Assembly: GCA_902835305.1 (NCBI GenBank)
Contig: CADFMD010000002.1
Span: forward strand, 63,374-127,373
DNA: 64,000 nucleotides
Direction: 5' to 3'
Origin: Coriobacteriaceae bacterium
GTDB lineage: Bacteria > Actinomycetota > Coriobacteriia > Coriobacteriales > Coriobacteriaceae
The number at the start of each line of letters is the position of its first letter. The stretch's first letter is position 1. This document shows positions 61,318-64,000 of the stretch, piece by piece. A program made the translations under genes and the position numbers. Under the pieces are notes generated by a model. The model did not search any database. It was given only the letters and a program-made list of their open reading frames with translations, and was not told where the DNA came from.

Positions 61318-62604
61318 CTATTTAAAGAATCCATCGTAATCATACATCTTGATCTGGCCTTCGAGCTTATCGACCGTGTCGAGCACGACGCCGACCATGA
61401 TGAGGATGGACGTGCCGCCAAATGCCTGGATCAGATGGTTACCCGTGAAGGAGAAGATGATCGAAGGCACGATGGCGATGAGCGCCAAAAAGACAGCGCT
61501 GGGAAGCGTGATCTTGTTGAGCGCGTTCTTGATGTAGGCCGCGGTAGCCCTACCCGGACGGACGCCCGGAATAAAGCCGCCCTGCTTCTTAAGGTTGTCG
61601 GCCGTGTCATCGGGGTTGAACACCATGGAGGTGTAGAAGTACGCGAAGAACACGATGAGGACAACATTAAGCACCCAGTTGAGCCAACCGGTCGAAAGCG
61701 CAGAGGCAACTGCCTGAATCCAGCCGATGCCGGGGAAGAACACGGCAATCTGAGCCGGGAAGTACAGCAGCGCCGAAGCGAAGATGATCGGCACGACACC
61801 CGCGGTATTGACCTTGATGGGCAGGTAGGTGGTCTGGCCACCCATCATGCGACGGCCCACGACGCGCTTAGCGTAGGAGACCGGGATGCGGCGCTGGCCG
61901 CGCTCAAGAAAAACAATCAGCGGGATAACCAGCAGGATGATGGCGCAGATGATCACCATGGTGATGATGCCGCCGGCATTACCCTCGGTGCTGGAGAAGA
62001 TCGCCTGCGGCAGGCCGGCCATGATGTTCGCAAAGATGATCAGGGACATGCCATTGCCGATACCGCGCTGGGTGATGAGCTCACCAATCCACATGATCAG
62101 CATAGCGCCCGCAGTGAGCGTGCCGACGATCATGAGGTCGAAGATGATCTCGGGAGCGCCGGCGCCATTAAAGCTGATGCCGAAGCTCTTAAAGAGGAAG
62201 AGGTAACCCACGGAGTTGAGGATTGCCAGAGCCAGGGTGAGGTAACGCGAATACTGCGTAATCTTGGTCTGACCGACCTCGCCCTCGCGGGCAAGCTCAT
62301 GCAGGGAAGGCACAACGGCCTGGAGCATCTGGAGGATGATTGAGCTGGTGATGTAAGGCATGATGCCCAGCGAAAACACCGACACATAGCTCAACGCGCC
62401 GCCAGAGAAAAGATTCAGGAGGGCCATAGCACCTGCGGCGACCGAATTGTTATCGGTCGAGAAAAGGCCCAGCATCCCCTGGAAGGGAATGCCGGGCACA
62501 GGAACGTGCGCACCAATGCGGTACACGACGAGCATAGCTATGGTAAAAAGAATCTTTTCGCGCAATTCTTTGATGCGGAAAGCATTCTTAAGACCATTTA
62601 GCAC
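61318..62604 (-). CDS. secY: Preprotein translocase subunit SecY
   Basis: 428 aa, 10 TM helices. Confidence 0.95.
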   Translation of the reverse strand: MLNGLKNAFRIKELREKILFTIAMLVVYRIGAHVPVPGIPFQGMLGLFSTDNNSVAAGAMALLNLFSGGALSYVSVFSLGIMPYITSSIILQMLQAVVPSLHELAREGEVGQTKITQYSRYLTLALAILNSVGYLFLFKSFGISFNGAGAPEIIFDLMIVGTLTAGAMLIMWIGELITQRGIGNGMSLIIFANIMAGLPQAIFSSTEGNAGGIITMVIICAIILLVIPLIVFLERGQRRIPVSYAKRVVGRRMMGGQTTYLPIKVNTAGVVPIIFASALLYFPAQIAVFFPGIGWIQAVASALSTGWLNWVLNVVLIVFFAYFYTSMVFNPDDTADNLKKQGGFIPGVRPGRATAAYIKNALNKITLPSAVFLALIAIVPSIIFSFTGNHLIQAFGGTSILIMVGVVLDTVDKLEGQIKMYDYDGFFK

Positions 62605-63047
62605 GGCAGCTCGACCTTTCCGCCGGCGGCCTCGATCTTGGCCTGCGCAGAAGCGCTTACCTTGTCGACCTTGACCGTGAACTTCTTGGTGAGCTCACCA
62701 TTGCCGAGCACCTTGACGGGCTCGAACTCGCTCTTGGTGATGCGAGCGGCCTTAAGAGCGGCACCGTCGATCACAGCGCCATCCTCGAACTTACGCTCGA
62801 GACGCTCAACGTTAACAGCGGTGTACTCGATACGACGGGGGTTGCGGAAGCCCGGAAGCTTGGGCAGGCGCATAGCCAGCGGAGTCTGGCCACCCTCGAA
62901 GCCGGCACCCTTGGTGCCGCCAGAGCGGGAACCCTGGCCCTTCTGGCCGCGGCCAGAAGTGGTGCCGTGACCCGAAGAATTGCCACGGCCGACGCGCTTG
63001 CGGTTCTTGGTGGAACCGGGCGCGGGAGTAAGATCGTGAAGCTGCAT
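62598..63047 (-). CDS. rplO: 50S ribosomal protein L15
   Basis: Consensus. Confidence 0.95.
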   Translation of the reverse strand: MQLHDLTPAPGSTKNRKRVGRGNSSGHGTTSGRGQKGQGSRSGGTKGAGFEGGQTPLAMRLPKLPGFRNPRRIEYTAVNVERLERKFEDGAVIDGAALKAARITKSEFEPVKVLGNGELTKKFTVKVDKVSASAQAKIEAAGGKVELPC

Positions 63048-63050
63048 TTG

Positions 63051-63233
63051 CTACTCCTCTACAATCTCGACAAGGTGCTTGACCTTGAAGATCATGCCGC
63101 GGACGGACTCGTTGTCAGCAATCTCGCGAACCTCGCGGATCCTGTGGAGACCGAGGGCACGGACAGTACGGACCTGGTCCTGCTTGCAACCGTTGGTGCT
63201 GCGGACCTGCTTGATCTTGATGGTGTCAGCCAT
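63051..63233 (-). CDS. rpmD: 50S ribosomal protein L30
   Basis: 60 aa consensus. Confidence 0.9.
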   Translation of the reverse strand: MADTIKIKQVRSTNGCKQDQVRTVRALGLHRIREVREIADNESVRGMIFKVKHLVEIVEE

Positions 63234-63235
63234 GC

Positions 63236-63760
63236 TTAGTTCTCCTTACCGACGAACATCTCGGAGACCGTCAGGCCACGGCGAGCCGCGACGTCCTCAG
63301 GGCTGGAGAGCTCCTTGAGGCCCTCGACGGCAGCCTTGATGATGTTGAGGCCGTTGTCGGTACCGAGGGACTTGGACAGGACGTTCTTGATGCCAGCAAG
63401 CTCGAAGAGGGGACGCACAGCGCCGCCGGCGATAACGCCGGTACCCTCGACAGCGGGCTTGATGATGATGCGGCCGGCACCAAAGTGGCCGAGAACCTCG
63501 TGCGGGATGGTGCCCTGCTCGGTCACCGGCACGTGGAACATGTTCTTCTTGGCATCGAGAGACGCCTTGGAGATGGCCAGGGGCACCTCAGCGGACTTGC
63601 CCATGCCAACGCCGACGTTGCCCTTGCCGTCGCCAACGACGACGAGAGCGACGAGGCTCATGCGACGACCACCCTTGACGGTCTTCGACACGCGGTTGAT
63701 GTAAACGACGCGCTCCTCGAACTCGGAGGCCTCGCGCTGCTGCTTCTGATTACGAGCCAT
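63236..63760 (-). CDS. rpsE: 30S ribosomal protein S5
   Basis: Consensus. Confidence 0.95.
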   Translation of the reverse strand: MARNQKQQREASEFEERVVYINRVSKTVKGGRRMSLVALVVVGDGKGNVGVGMGKSAEVPLAISKASLDAKKNMFHVPVTEQGTIPHEVLGHFGAGRIIIKPAVEGTGVIAGGAVRPLFELAGIKNVLSKSLGTDNGLNIIKAAVEGLKELSSPEDVAARRGLTVSEMFVGKEN

Positions 63761-63777
63761 GTGCTACATACCTCCTA

Positions 63778-64000
63778 GAACTCGAGACCGGCGGCACGAG
63801 CACCGTCGGCGAGGGCCTTGACGCGGCCATGGTAGATACGGCCACCGCGATCGAAGGCGACCTTGGTGATGCCGGCCTCGATGGCGCGCTTGCCAACGAG
63901 CTGACCGACCTTCTCCGCAGCCTCCTTGTTCGAGGTGTGGGTGCCCTTGAACTCGGCCTCGAGGGTCGAGGCAGAGACGAGCGTCAGGCTAGAGCCCTTG
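63778..64000 (-). CDS. rplR: 50S ribosomal protein L18, 3' part; the 5' end lies outside the window
   Basis: C-terminus ..[15 protein letters not shown]. Confidence 0.85.

Overview
High-GC (~65%) actinobacterial chromosome segment. The gene content (anaerobe-type rubredoxin, split transketolase, Ala/Lys-rich tails on ribosomal proteins) suggests a Coriobacteriia-like organism, but this is inference only. The backbone is ordinary housekeeping: a copA-copZ-csoR copper module, glutamate synthase gltBD, gpmA, an Nramp transporter, smpB, tRNA-Glu/Gln, RNase R, ftsEX, two-gene transketolase, prfB-secA, gltA-like citrate synthase, adenine deaminase, tyrS, a class A PBP, argR, truA, and the rplQ-rpoA-rpsD-rpsK-rpsM-rpmJ-infA-map-adk-secY-rplO-rpmD-rpsE-rplR block. 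Four things stand out above that backbone. (1) At four intergenic loci there are tandem arrays of an ~80-bp unit, each unit carrying a 57-bp hairpin with 16-bp arms (GTCTCGATCTGTAACA). They resemble REP/BIME elements, are not CRISPR, and one pair brackets a DUF559 endonuclease-like gene. (2) A ~7.6-kb islet is flanked by 65-bp direct repeats and ends in a truncated tyrosine integrase. It carries two modules of a small secreted Tyr/Gly-rich protein plus a large polytopic membrane protein plus an ABC ATPase, the architecture of lactococcin-972-type bacteriocin/immunity loci. (3) A ~95-130 nt structured element occurs in two copies that conserve nested helices through compensatory base changes. 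(4) Several further short GC-rich repeat families are dispersed through the window, one pair inverted around a HAD hydrolase gene. Many long ORFs in the supplied track lie antisense to real genes and are GC-skew shadows. A rubredoxin and the L36 gene fall below the track's 60-aa cutoff and are added by hand.
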